Shown here piece after piece: positions 43,279-52,591 of a DNA stretch of 64,000 nucleotides. The stretch's first letter is position 1; the number at the start of each line of letters is the position of its first letter. The notes below the pieces were generated by a model. It searched no databases. It saw nothing but the letters and a program-made list of their open reading frames with translations, and had not been told where the DNA came from. The position numbers and the translations under genes were made by a program. Source of the stretch: Oscillospiraceae bacterium (GTDB taxonomy: Bacteria; Bacillota; Clostridia; Oscillospirales; SIG627); the NCBI GenBank assembly GCA_015064635.1, contig SVRV01000005.1, forward strand, positions 32,858 to 96,857, given 5' to 3'.

Positions 43279-44181
43279 TCACTTCTTTGCGGCAACAAAA
43301 GTGCCACCTAAAACAACGTCTTCTTTATCCTCAGCCCATTTTCCTCTTTCGTCCAAAGCCCATGCGCTGCGCTTTCTGAAAGAATTCTCGAAGACATTTC
43401 CTACGAGTTCGTTTTCTTCAAGATGTGCAAGGCAGGTTCTGTTGCAAAGAGCCGCTACTCTGTCGGGTTTGCCCTTGGGTGAGAGTCGGTTAACGCAGGC
43501 ACCGTTCTTGCAGGAATTACACTTGTCATAGTCTATTTTGGCAACCGTCATCTTCTTGCCGCATATCTCAATTTCCTCGGTTTCTGTCTTGCTTATAGCA
43601 CCGAGAGGACAAATGTCCGCACACTTTCCGCACTTATCGCATATGCTTCTTTCAAGAATGGGAGTAGGCTCAAGCTCGGCGTCTGTTATTATCATATGGA
43701 AACGCTGACGTGATCCGTATTTTTCAGAGAGCGGAATTCCCGAAAAGCCGATTTCACAAAGACCGCACGCAACTGCGGCATAGTTAAAGTCGGGGAACAC
43801 GTTGGGCGCAGGACGACCCGGTTCAACCGAAACACCCGTGGGTGCTAATTCGGAAGGATTGGGAAAAAGGGGGACTGCTTCCCAGCCCTCGTCCTCTATT
43901 GCATTTACAAGTCCGTATGTAGCAAGCGAAAGAAAATCATCCTCAAGCCATCTGACACCGAAGCATGAATAATCCTGGAAATTTGTGCCCTCTTCAACAC
44001 CTCTGAGCGCACCTCTGCAAACACGCTTTCCAACCATAATAACAGTCTTACCCTCGGGAAAGATTGAAAAAGGATTGAGAGCGGGGGCAAGTCCGTCAAA
44101 TCTTTCCTTATTTGCAAAGCCGATAAGGTCAATCCCCTCACGCTTTACAGCTTCTTTTATTTTATTCATAAGTTCTGACAT
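43279..44181 (-). CDS. QueG/reductive-dehalogenase-superfamily Fe-S protein, paralog A
   Basis: REGIDLIGFANKERF...CGLCEIGFSGIPLSEKYGSRQRFHMIITD...CDKCGKCADICP (nt 43606-43641), collinear with B. subtilis QueG as I recall it. A second, non-canonical Cys cluster is CNSCKNGAC...CNRTC. Confidence 0.6.
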   Translation of the reverse strand: MSELMNKIKEAVKREGIDLIGFANKERFDGLAPALNPFSIFPEGKTVIMVGKRVCRGALRGVEEGTNFQDYSCFGVRWLEDDFLSLATYGLVNAIEDEGWEAVPLFPNPSELAPTGVSVEPGRPAPNVFPDFNYAAVACGLCEIGFSGIPLSEKYGSRQRFHMIITDAELEPTPILERSICDKCGKCADICPLGAISKTETEEIEICGKKMTVAKIDYDKCNSCKNGACVNRLSPKGKPDRVAALCNRTCLAHLEENELVGNVFENSFRKRSAWALDERGKWAEDKEDVVLGGTFVAAKK

Positions 44182-44345
44182 AATTTTTTCCTTTCTGTCA
44201 AAAAAGTTTTTCTGTTAGCATTATAGTACTACATAGATTATTTTGCAATAATAAAACGAAATAAGATTTTAACTTTTCGATACTTGATTAAAATGAAATT
44301 TTGTGTTACAATATTAAAAAACAAGGCATAAGGAGGGCGAAACAA

Positions 44346-45140
44346 TTGTATTTTCCCGATGAAATGCCAATAAAAAGATTTATTGTATTAATTAACAATT
44401 ACGAAAAAACGCAACCTATAACGGTTGCGTCCGGACATTTTCACTCTATCACATTCAGAATGTCAGGAAAAAAAGTAATAACCGATGAAAACGGAAAGGT
44501 TATGGCATCCGAAAAAGGAAGTATAACATATATTCCAAAAAATATCGGGTACATCAGCGATACCCCCGAGGGCGGAACTATGTATTCCCTGCATTTTGAA
44601 TTGGAACACGAAGACCCCAAAGCCGAAGCTTTTGTTTTTACACCAAAAAGACTGTCCACATCAATTTTTGAAAATGCCTTCAGGAGTTTGTGCGAGAGCT
44701 ACAATATATCCTCACCCCATAATTATGACTGTATGGCACATCTGTACAGCCTTTTGGCATTGATAAAAAAAGAAACCGAGCAAACCTCTAATATTATCAT
44801 CTCAAAACGTATGTCACTGGCAAAAGAAACAATTGACAAAGGGTTTGCCGACACAACACTGACTGTAGAAAATCTTACAAAAGCTTCAGGTGTCAGCGAA
44901 GCATATTTCAGACGTGAGTTCAAGGCATGCTTCGGCACATCTCCCATTGATTATATTCGCAAAATAAGAATTGAAAATGCCAAACTGCTCTTACGTTCAG
45001 GGCTTTATTCGGTGAGCGAAACAGCGATTGAAAGCGGATTTGACAGTATCAGCTATTTTTCAACCACCTTTAAAAAGCTTTGTGGTATCACCCCCACCGA
45101 ATACGCATCAAAAATGAGAAAAAACAAGGAGTTACCATGA
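44346..45140 (+). CDS. AraC-family transcriptional regulator
   Basis: C-terminal AraC HTH (EAYFRREFKACFGTSPIDYIRKIRIENAKLLL...GFDSISYFSTTFKK). Start tentatively TTG 44346 (8 nt after AAGGAGGG), with ATG 44364 as the alternative. Confidence 0.8.
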   Translation: MYFPDEMPIKRFIVLINNYEKTQPITVASGHFHSITFRMSGKKVITDENGKVMASEKGSITYIPKNIGYISDTPEGGTMYSLHFELEHEDPKAEAFVFTPKRLSTSIFENAFRSLCESYNISSPHNYDCMAHLYSLLALIKKETEQTSNIIISKRMSLAKETIDKGFADTTLTVENLTKASGVSEAYFRREFKACFGTSPIDYIRKIRIENAKLLLRSGLYSVSETAIESGFDSISYFSTTFKKLCGITPTEYASKMRKNKELP

Positions 45141-45700
45141 CATATTACGATAAAAACACGGTAAAGCTCTCCCACGAGCACATGAGATGCCATATCGAAA
45201 AAGGAAATATTGTAATTGATGCAACCGCAGGCAGAGGAAGAGACACTCTTTTTCTTTCCGAGCTCGTGGGAGAGGACGGGCATGTGTATGCCTTTGACAT
45301 CCAGGAGGAGGCAATAGAGTCCACAAAGGCCCTTATGGAGGAAAACGGAAAACACAACTACACCCTTATTCTTGACTCCCATGTGAATATGAGGGAGCAT
45401 GTAAAAAATGCCAAAGCCGTTGTGTTCAATCTCGGATTCTTGCCCGGCGGTGACCACAGCATATTTTCACACGGAGACACAAGCATAAAGGCGATTGAAG
45501 CCGCACTTGACATAATAGACGAGGACGGATTTGTCTCTGTTTGCGTTTATCACGGAGGTGACACGGGTTTTGAGGAAAGAGACACGGTGCTTGACTATCT
45601 TGAAAAGCTCGACCAAAAGAAATATACCGTAATGCTTCAATCCTTTCACAACAGACAAGGCTATCCCCCGCTTTTTGTGATTATTGAAAAAAACAGATAA
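45137..45700 (+). CDS. Class I SAM-dependent methyltransferase, YtqB/MnmM-like
   Basis: VIDATAGRGRDTLFLSELVGEDGHVYAFDIQEEAI and GYLPGGDH-like (NLGFLPGGDH) signatures of the PF06962-type family. ATGA overlap with araC. Confidence 0.7.
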   Translation: MTYYDKNTVKLSHEHMRCHIEKGNIVIDATAGRGRDTLFLSELVGEDGHVYAFDIQEEAIESTKALMEENGKHNYTLILDSHVNMREHVKNAKAVVFNLGFLPGGDHSIFSHGDTSIKAIEAALDIIDEDGFVSVCVYHGGDTGFEERDTVLDYLEKLDQKKYTVMLQSFHNRQGYPPLFVIIEKNR

Positions 45701-45703
45701 AGA

Positions 45704-45746
45704 ATCGGCTGTTAAAAATCTCTGACAGAAATTTTTAACAGCCGAT
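45704..45746. terminator. Bidirectional terminator hairpin (16-bp stem)
   Basis: ATCGGCTGTTAAAAAT-(11 nt)-ATTTTTAACAGCCGAT between convergent genes. Confidence 0.75.
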
Positions 45747-45750
45747 ATTA

Positions 45751-46641
45751 TTATGCTTTTTTACTTTTCTTCATATCAAATACGGCAATCAATAAGCTTG
45801 CCAGAATTACAAGCAACGTACCGATAACAGTTCGGCTGTTGCTTGGATCACCAAATAAAACTATACCCACAATTACAGCGGTTATCGGCTCAAGTGTGCC
45901 GAGAATAGATGCCTTTTCGCTGCCTATTATGAACGTACCCTGCTGGAAGAGAACAACTGCTCCCGTTGTGATAAGAATAGCAAAGAGAAGGCAAAGCCCC
46001 CATCCCTTAAGTGTCTCGGGAAGAGCTATCTGCTTGGTAATGAGGCAATATAGGAACATCATGACTGCACTTGCCGCAGCAATATAAAAGCTGAAAAGGA
46101 AGCCTTTTATTTCCTTATACTTGAAATGAGGAAGTATAATTACATAAAGTGCAAAGGCTACACCCGAAAGGAGCGCCCAGATACAACCCTCAAGCTCTAT
46201 GGAAAGTGAGGGGTCATAGAACATGGCGATACCGGAAACACAAACAATAACGCTTATTACATTTCCCCACTTTGGCCTTTGCCTGTAGAAAATAATATTT
46301 CCTATTACAACAACTGCGGGATATACGAAATGCAAAACGGTTGCCGTACCGGATGCTATCGTCTTATAAGAGGTAAAAAGCAAAAGAGGGGTAACACAGC
46401 ATCCGAGGGCTGCAATCATCGATATAGAAGGCAATGCCGACGGTTTAATTTTAAGAGTTTTGTTTTGAAGGAATCCGAGTATGGCAAGTGACGGTAACGC
46501 CAAAAAATTACGCAGAAAAACAAGCGTTGCGGGATTTACTCCGTCCTCATAAATATACTTTGACATAAGAGGCATACAGCCATAAATAACGGCACTGCAG
46601 ATAACCATAAGATATCCGCTGAGCACTTTTGATTTCTTCAT
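45751..46641 (-). CDS. DMT-superfamily (EamA-like) transporter
   Basis: About 10 predicted TM helices in two EamA-like halves. Start set at ATG 46641 (AAAGGAAG RBS). Confidence 0.8.
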   Translation of the reverse strand: MKKSKVLSGYLMVICSAVIYGCMPLMSKYIYEDGVNPATLVFLRNFLALPSLAILGFLQNKTLKIKPSALPSISMIAALGCCVTPLLLFTSYKTIASGTATVLHFVYPAVVVIGNIIFYRQRPKWGNVISVIVCVSGIAMFYDPSLSIELEGCIWALLSGVAFALYVIILPHFKYKEIKGFLFSFYIAAASAVMMFLYCLITKQIALPETLKGWGLCLLFAILITTGAVVLFQQGTFIIGSEKASILGTLEPITAVIVGIVLFGDPSNSRTVIGTLLVILASLLIAVFDMKKSKKA

Positions 46642-46754
46642 ATTGCACTTCCTTTCACAATGACGATTCATTATAGCAAATATATTCATTTTTTTCAAGT
46701 ATATTGACATTTATTTTTGTTTGTAATAAAATTAAACAAAAGGAGATATTACAG

Positions 46755-47465
46755 ATGAAACATGTTATTTGCTATTTAGTTCTTGTTCTCGAAATTTTAT
46801 TTATCTCTTGCGGCGATAACGAAACCGTAAAAAATAATGTCACCAAGCCTTTGGAAGAAACAAGTAATATGACAGTCAGCGAAAAAGTCCCCGAACCAAT
46901 CTCGGTCTCCCCTCTCGCAAGCGAAGATTTTCTCCTGCCTTTTGACAAATTTTCATGGGAACGTGAATTTGCGCCGGAGTATGTCATGATACATTTTACA
47001 AGTGCAGTGATGGTAGACAAAGAAGACCCCTATAACATAGATAAAGTAAAAAATATTTTTGAAGAGCTTGAAGTAAGCATAAATTACATAATTGACCGAA
47101 ACGGCGATATTCGTTGCTATATTCCCGAATACAGAGCTGCTTGGCATGCAGGCAAAGGATCATACAAAGGTATCGAAAAGCTGACCGACGCCATGAACAG
47201 ATATTCAATCGGAATCGAGCTTGTGGCAATGGGCTCATTGAAGGATATGTCCGTATATATGAGTGAAGAGGAATATTTTTCTCTCGACCAAAATTTAATG
47301 GGTTTCACCGACGAGCAATACGCCTCTCTTAAGCTACTTGTGGAGGATATTTGTGAAAGAAACCATATTCCGTTTGACAGAGAACACGTGATAGGACATT
47401 GCGAATATAAAAAAGAAAAAACCGATCCGGGTGAGCTTTTTGATTGGAATAGAATATTTGACTAA
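46755..47465 (+). CDS. N-acetylmuramoyl-L-alanine amidase (Amidase_2/PGRP fold), lipoprotein
   Basis: Lipobox LFISCG. Contains VMIHFTS, AAWHAG and HCEY..K.DPG motifs. Confidence 0.8.
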   Translation: MKHVICYLVLVLEILFISCGDNETVKNNVTKPLEETSNMTVSEKVPEPISVSPLASEDFLLPFDKFSWEREFAPEYVMIHFTSAVMVDKEDPYNIDKVKNIFEELEVSINYIIDRNGDIRCYIPEYRAAWHAGKGSYKGIEKLTDAMNRYSIGIELVAMGSLKDMSVYMSEEEYFSLDQNLMGFTDEQYASLKLLVEDICERNHIPFDREHVIGHCEYKKEKTDPGELFDWNRIFD

Positions 47466-47506
47466 AAAAATTGAGCAGAATCGTTTTGATTCTGCTCAAA
47501 TCTTTT
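47464..47506. terminator. Bidirectional rho-independent terminator
   Basis: TTGAGCAGAATC-GTTTT-GATTCTGCTCAA flanked by an A7 run and a T-rich run. Confidence 0.75.
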
Positions 47507-47519
47507 ATACTTTTATAAA

Positions 47520-47714
47520 TTATTCCATGCCTAAATAAGCTTTGCCTATATCAGCAAGACCTCTGCAAGTTTCGCAAAGATATGCTGAATCACCTGCAAT
47601 CTCGTACTTTTCTACATCGTCTGTTGAACCGCAGGTTTCGCATTCTTTCTTTGCACAAGAAGCAAAAGTTAAAGCTACTGCAAGAATACTCATAAGAATA
47701 ACTAATTTTTTCAT
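47520..47714 (-). CDS. Small Cys-rich lipoprotein (64 aa), paralog of 39227-39442
   Basis: MKKLVILMSILAVALTFASC lipobox, then CETCG...YLCETC. AAGGAGG RBS. Confidence 0.65.
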   Translation of the reverse strand: MKKLVILMSILAVALTFASCAKKECETCGSTDDVEKYEIAGDSAYLCETCRGLADIGKAYLGME

Positions 47715-47873
47715 TTTTGAATTCCTCCTTAAAATATTGTGAGTAAATTGTAACACATTTTTTAACAAATGTCAAACGTTTTAAACAAAAAAATACAAAA
47801 AATCAAAATAATTTTATTATTTTATGTTGAATGTGCACTGATATTAGTAATTATTTTTACACAAATTTACAAA

Positions 47874-48590
47874 TCATTTCAACAAGCATTCGGTTTTTTC
47901 GCAAAACTGTGTATAGTTATCAATTGTTATATAGTTAAAATCCGATGAATATACAGATTCATCGTTACCACCCATTCCGTAATCGTCACCGATATACACG
48001 ACCTCTTCATGGGAAAAGCCATGCTCCTTGCAATAGCGGTCGAGAGCGTAATATTTATTATACGGACGGGGTGCCATATCAAATGAGGAAGAGCCTCCGA
48101 CAAACACGAAATAATCTAAAAAGGCTTCAACCACTTCGGGATATATTTTACGTCTCTTTTGTCTATCGGGGTCAAAAGCAAGCTTATCCTCCTGCAAAGC
48201 CTTTGTGCCGAGAATAGGAAAGGTTACACAGCCGGAAGGATGAAACTCAACGCATTCCCCTCTGTACTCTGTAAATCCGTACTTTTCTCTCATCTTATTT
48301 ATTATTTCGGTTGTTTTTTCTCTGTCGCAATCTACAATATCGTCTCTCACAATTCTCATTTTGCCGTCTTTGTATTCGCCGTATTGCATACCGTAGTTTC
48401 CGATTATATCAATTGGAAATCCTTCAAGCTGATTGAAAATTCTCATAACCTGACCCGCTCCAACCATAAGAAGCTTGTATTTTTTGCCAAGCGCTTCAAG
48501 TCTTTCCCTATGTTTTTCCTCAAGCGGGGTTTTGTGTTGAGTAAGTGTTCCGTCGAGATCCATTGCTACAAGCTTTATATTTTCGTACAT
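47874..48590 (-). CDS. HAD-superfamily hydrolase (Cof/IIB-type phosphatase)
   Basis: VAMDLDGTLT motif I, GDDYGMGGND motif IV. Start at ATG 48590 with an AAGGAG RBS. Confidence 0.8.
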   Translation of the reverse strand: MYENIKLVAMDLDGTLTQHKTPLEEKHRERLEALGKKYKLLMVGAGQVMRIFNQLEGFPIDIIGNYGMQYGEYKDGKMRIVRDDIVDCDREKTTEIINKMREKYGFTEYRGECVEFHPSGCVTFPILGTKALQEDKLAFDPDRQKRRKIYPEVVEAFLDYFVFVGGSSSFDMAPRPYNKYYALDRYCKEHGFSHEEVVYIGDDYGMGGNDESVYSSDFNYITIDNYTQFCEKTECLLK

Positions 48591-48738
48591 AACCTTTTCT
48601 CCTTGACTTTTATACAACGATATGATAAAATATCAATCAACAAAAATCAACATTTTGCCAACATATTGCATAAACAATGACAATTTCACGTTTTTACAGG
48701 CAAACTCAATCAACAATTTACAAGAGGAAGAACAAACC

Positions 48739-49491
48739 ATGTTAAACCGCGAACGAGAGCAGGAAATACTTAATATATTAAAATCCGAAAAAGGCTTTGT
48801 CACCGTAAAGCATCTTTGCGAAGCACTTTTTGCAAGCGAATCAAGTATAAGACGTGATTTGAAGGCACTTGAAAAAAGAGGTCAAATAAAGCGAAGCTAC
48901 GGAGGTGCATCACTTGAAGTCAGTGCATCGGACATCGTCACCTTCGGCAACCGTACACGTCAAAACACAGAAGCAAAGCGTGCAATAGCAAAAAAAGCGG
49001 CAGCTCTGATTAATGACGGAGATTTGATTTTTTTAGACCAATCATCTACCTCTTTTTACGTTGCGGCAGAAATCGTTGACAAAAGCTCTGTTACCGTCAT
49101 TACAAACAATATAGAAATTATGATATTACTTTCAAAATCAGGAGTAAAAGTTATTTCATCCGGCGGCTTCTTGAGTGACAGCAACCGTAATTGTCTTATC
49201 GGAGGTGAGGCACAGCGCACCTTTGATAATGCATATGCTGATATCTTGTTCTTTTCGGTAAAAGCCTTGTCGGAAAATGGTGATGTTACCGATTGCTCAA
49301 CCGAGGAAATAGCGGTAAGAAACTCTATGTTAAAAAACTCGGCAAAAAAAGTATTGCTGTGTGACAGTTCAAAGTTTGGCAAAAAAGCTGTGTTCCGTCA
49401 GTGTACCCTTAAGGACGTTGATATTCTCATATCTGAAGGAGAAGCTGCTAACAAATATTTAAAGGACTTTGACAATATAGTTACATTTTAA
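48739..49491 (+). CDS. DeoR/GlpR-family transcriptional regulator
   Basis: REQEILNILKSEKGFVTVKHLCEALFASESSIRRDLKALE HTH plus a DeoR C-terminal sensor domain. Confidence 0.85.
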   Translation: MLNREREQEILNILKSEKGFVTVKHLCEALFASESSIRRDLKALEKRGQIKRSYGGASLEVSASDIVTFGNRTRQNTEAKRAIAKKAAALINDGDLIFLDQSSTSFYVAAEIVDKSSVTVITNNIEIMILLSKSGVKVISSGGFLSDSNRNCLIGGEAQRTFDNAYADILFFSVKALSENGDVTDCSTEEIAVRNSMLKNSAKKVLLCDSSKFGKKAVFRQCTLKDVDILISEGEAANKYLKDFDNIVTF

Positions 49492-49529
49492 TGATGCATT
49501 TGCTTTTTTAAAAAACTGTGTAAAAATAT

Positions 49530-49587
49530 TGAACCGGCACGTAAAAGTTAGCTCAAAACACTAACTATTAATGTCGGTTCATTTTTC
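49530..49587. terminator. Compound hairpin terminator between convergent genes
   Basis: 10-bp outer stem TGAACCGGCA/TGTCGGTTCA enclosing an inner hairpin. TTTTTC follows on the plus strand, and the minus strand has a T-run too. Confidence 0.6.
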
Positions 49588-49590
49588 TAT

Positions 49591-51114
49591 TTATATTTCA
49601 TTACAGGAGTCAACGTTTTTAAGTATCAGTTTTTCACCGTCATAGCCTGAAAATTCGACATTTTCCAGCACAAGCTCGGATACGTTTTCGGCATAAAGTG
49701 CCTGCTTTGCAACAAGCTTACACCCATCCGACATAGCAGCAAGGCCGGGAGATACTTCTTCCCGTGTGAAGGATATTTTGACATTTTTAAGTTTAATGCT
49801 CTTTATAGGCTGTTCCGGCAAGCCGTCAAAATAACAACCTGCATGACACGCCCCTACAGCATTTATATTCTCAAACACAAAACTGTCAAGAAACGGAGTG
49901 CGGTCATCAATCTCAAGAGGAGACCTCGACTGAACATATTCACTGTGTCCGTCTACATCACAAAAATAAAACATATTCATAACAAAGGGTGTTTTTACAT
50001 CTCGCATTTCTACATTTTTAAATACAAGATTGCTTATTACTGCCATTTTTCCTCTGCCGCGCCTTGTTTTTATCCTCAGCCCCCTATCGGTAGACGTCAT
50101 AAGACAATTCTCTGCAACAACATTTTTAACACCGCCGCTCATTTCACTTCCTATGACAACACCACCGTGACCCGAATCAAGATGGCAATTGCGTACAGTT
50201 ATATTAATACAAGGCTTTTTCACCTTCATTGCCAATTCGTATTTACACGACTTTAATGCAATACAGTCATCTCCGACATGTATGTTTACACCGATAATAT
50301 CAACTCCGTCACAGCTTTCGGGGTCAATTCCATCGGTATTCGGTGAATCCGATGGATTTTTGATGCTTATATTAAGAAGCTTTACATTCTTTGAAAACAA
50401 AGGATGCACAGTCCAGGAATAGCTGTTTTGCACTGTCACGCCTTCAATTACAACGCTGTCCGAGTTGACGATTTGAATCGTTCTGGGGCGCCATGCAATT
50501 CTCTTGGTCTTGGGGTCTCGCCACCAATCGCCGTGTTGTGCATCTGCATCTATTACACCTTCGCCGGTAATGGCTACATTTGATGCTCCGGATATATTTA
50601 TAAGGGAAGCAAACGACGCCTCTGCCTCACCTTCCCAGGACGTAAGATACACGCCGTCACCAACGCAAGACGGAAGCACAGGATATCTTTTGCGGTCGTT
50701 GACACCAAGTATCACCGCACCTTTGTCAAGATATACCGTTATATTACTTTTTATAAACAGTGACGAGCTTCGGTAAACACCTTTTCCAAAATATACAGTT
50801 GCACCTTCGGGCGCTGTATTCAAAGCAGTTTGTATGCACATTGTATCGTCATAAAAACCGTCACCGATTACTCCGTGGAAACGAACATCCACAAACGCAC
50901 TTTCCTTTGCGGTGGTAAACGTAACCCTTTCGCCGTTTGCCTGCACAGTGTATTCGGTATCGGGATTGAGTGAATACACTGAAAATACGTTTTCCTTGCA
51001 AGCCTTCACCTTCACCCCGTCAAGTAAAACATCATATTCATATGGCGCATAATATGGTGTTGAAAAATCCATTTCAAAAACTGCACTTCTGTTAGTTGCA
51101 CATATAAGCTTCAT
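49591..51114 (-). CDS. Glycoside hydrolase family 28 (polygalacturonase-like)
   Basis: NTDGIDP, GDDCIALKS, GHGGVVIGSE and RIKT are the four GH28 signature blocks. Start at ATG 51114 after GGAGG. Confidence 0.85.
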   Translation of the reverse strand: MKLICATNRSAVFEMDFSTPYYAPYEYDVLLDGVKVKACKENVFSVYSLNPDTEYTVQANGERVTFTTAKESAFVDVRFHGVIGDGFYDDTMCIQTALNTAPEGATVYFGKGVYRSSSLFIKSNITVYLDKGAVILGVNDRKRYPVLPSCVGDGVYLTSWEGEAEASFASLINISGASNVAITGEGVIDADAQHGDWWRDPKTKRIAWRPRTIQIVNSDSVVIEGVTVQNSYSWTVHPLFSKNVKLLNISIKNPSDSPNTDGIDPESCDGVDIIGVNIHVGDDCIALKSCKYELAMKVKKPCINITVRNCHLDSGHGGVVIGSEMSGGVKNVVAENCLMTSTDRGLRIKTRRGRGKMAVISNLVFKNVEMRDVKTPFVMNMFYFCDVDGHSEYVQSRSPLEIDDRTPFLDSFVFENINAVGACHAGCYFDGLPEQPIKSIKLKNVKISFTREEVSPGLAAMSDGCKLVAKQALYAENVSELVLENVEFSGYDGEKLILKNVDSCNEI

Positions 51115-51185
51115 TATTTCATCCTCCAAAATTCCATGTTTATTCTATCACAGCATCATCACTTTTGCAACCGCTTTCAAAAAAC

Positions 51186-51214
51186 TTGACAAATAAATTA
51201 AAAGAAGGTATAAT
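51186..51214 (+). promoter_or_regulatory. Consensus sigma-A promoter
   Basis: TTGACA (51186-51191), 17 nt, TATAAT (51209-51214). Confidence 0.6.
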
Positions 51215-51246
51215 ATCTTGGATTTTGAAGATACGAGGTACAAATA

Positions 51247-52515
51247 ATGGAAAATATATTTTCGGGACTTGGCATTGATGACAGTGTTTTCGAATTAGGC
51301 GAAGAAGTGCTTGAAAGAATACGTCCCAGATTTAATGAAATAGATAAGGTTTCTGAATACAATCAGGCAAAAGTACTTTTGGCAATGCAGAAAAACCAAG
51401 TCAGTGCTACATGCTTTGCAGGTACAACGGGATACGGCTACGACGACATTGGCAGAGATACACTTGAAAGGGTTTATGCCGATATATTCCATACCGAAGC
51501 GGCATTGGTTCGTCCACAGATAACCTGCGGCACACATGCTCTTGCCACAGCTCTTTCCGCAAACCTCCTTCCCGGAGATGAGCTTCTCTCCCCCGTTGGC
51601 AGACCTTATGATACACTTGAAGAGGTTATAGGAATACGTGAGTCAAAATGCTCTCTCAAGGAGTATGGCGTAAGCTACCGTGAGGTAGAGCTTACCGAAG
51701 ACGGAGGCTTTGACTTTGACGGTATCAAGGCTGCTATAAATAAAAAAACCAAGCTTGTAACAATCCAGCGTTCAAAGGGATATAAAACACGTCCAACCTT
51801 CTCTGTTGAACAGATTGGCACTCTCATTTCATTCGTTAAAAGCATTAAGCCCGATATCATTTGCATGGTAGACAATTGCTACGGAGAATTCGTTGAAAAG
51901 ATTGAGCCTTCTGATGTAGGTGCTGACATGACAGTTGGCTCACTTATAAAGAATCCCGGAGGAGGTCTTGCCCCCATAGGCGGTTACATTGTAGGAAAGG
52001 CAGAATGTATTGAGCGCTGTGCCTACCGTCTCAGCGCCCCAGGACTCGGACAGGAGGTAGGTGCAAACCTCGGAGTAATGACCAGCCTTTATGAAGGGCT
52101 TTTCCTTGCACCGACAGTTGTGGCTTCTGCTCTTAAAGGTGCGATTTTTGCAGCAAATATATATGAAGGACTGGGATTCAAGGTGATTCCCGACAGTAAG
52201 GAATCCCGTCATGATATAATTCAAGCTGTTGAGCTTGGCTCACCAGAACGTATGAAAGCGTTCTGTCACGGCATTCAAGCTGCGGCTCCCGTTGACAGCT
52301 TCGCAATTCCCGAACCTTGGCCGATGCCCGGATATGACAATGACGTTATTATGGCGGCAGGTGCTTTTATTCAAGGCTCATCAATTGAGCTTTCCGCCGA
52401 CGGTCCTATTCGTGAACCATATGCAGTATACTTCCAGGGCGGTCTTACCTGGGCACATGCAAAGCTCGGTATTCTTATGTCCCTGCAAAAATTAAAGGAT
52501 GCAAATCTTATATAA
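51247..52515 (+). CDS. YnbB / aluminium-resistance-family PLP enzyme (methionine gamma-lyase-like fold)
   Basis: The family-typical N-terminus ...FNEIDKVSEYNQAKVLLAMQKNQVSATCFAGTTGYGYDDIGRDTLE... 422 aa. Confidence 0.8.
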   Translation: MENIFSGLGIDDSVFELGEEVLERIRPRFNEIDKVSEYNQAKVLLAMQKNQVSATCFAGTTGYGYDDIGRDTLERVYADIFHTEAALVRPQITCGTHALATALSANLLPGDELLSPVGRPYDTLEEVIGIRESKCSLKEYGVSYREVELTEDGGFDFDGIKAAINKKTKLVTIQRSKGYKTRPTFSVEQIGTLISFVKSIKPDIICMVDNCYGEFVEKIEPSDVGADMTVGSLIKNPGGGLAPIGGYIVGKAECIERCAYRLSAPGLGQEVGANLGVMTSLYEGLFLAPTVVASALKGAIFAANIYEGLGFKVIPDSKESRHDIIQAVELGSPERMKAFCHGIQAAAPVDSFAIPEPWPMPGYDNDVIMAAGAFIQGSSIELSADGPIREPYAVYFQGGLTWAHAKLGILMSLQKLKDANLI

Positions 52516-52546
52516 AAAGTATTCTACAACAGATACACCTAATAAA

Positions 52547-52591
52547 CAAAACGGCTATAAAAAGCTCATATGAGTTTTTTATAGCCGTTTT
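52547..52591. terminator. Bidirectional long hairpin terminator
   Basis: AAAACGGCTATAAAAAGCTC-ATAT-GAGTTTTTTATAGCCGTTTT. Confidence 0.75.
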
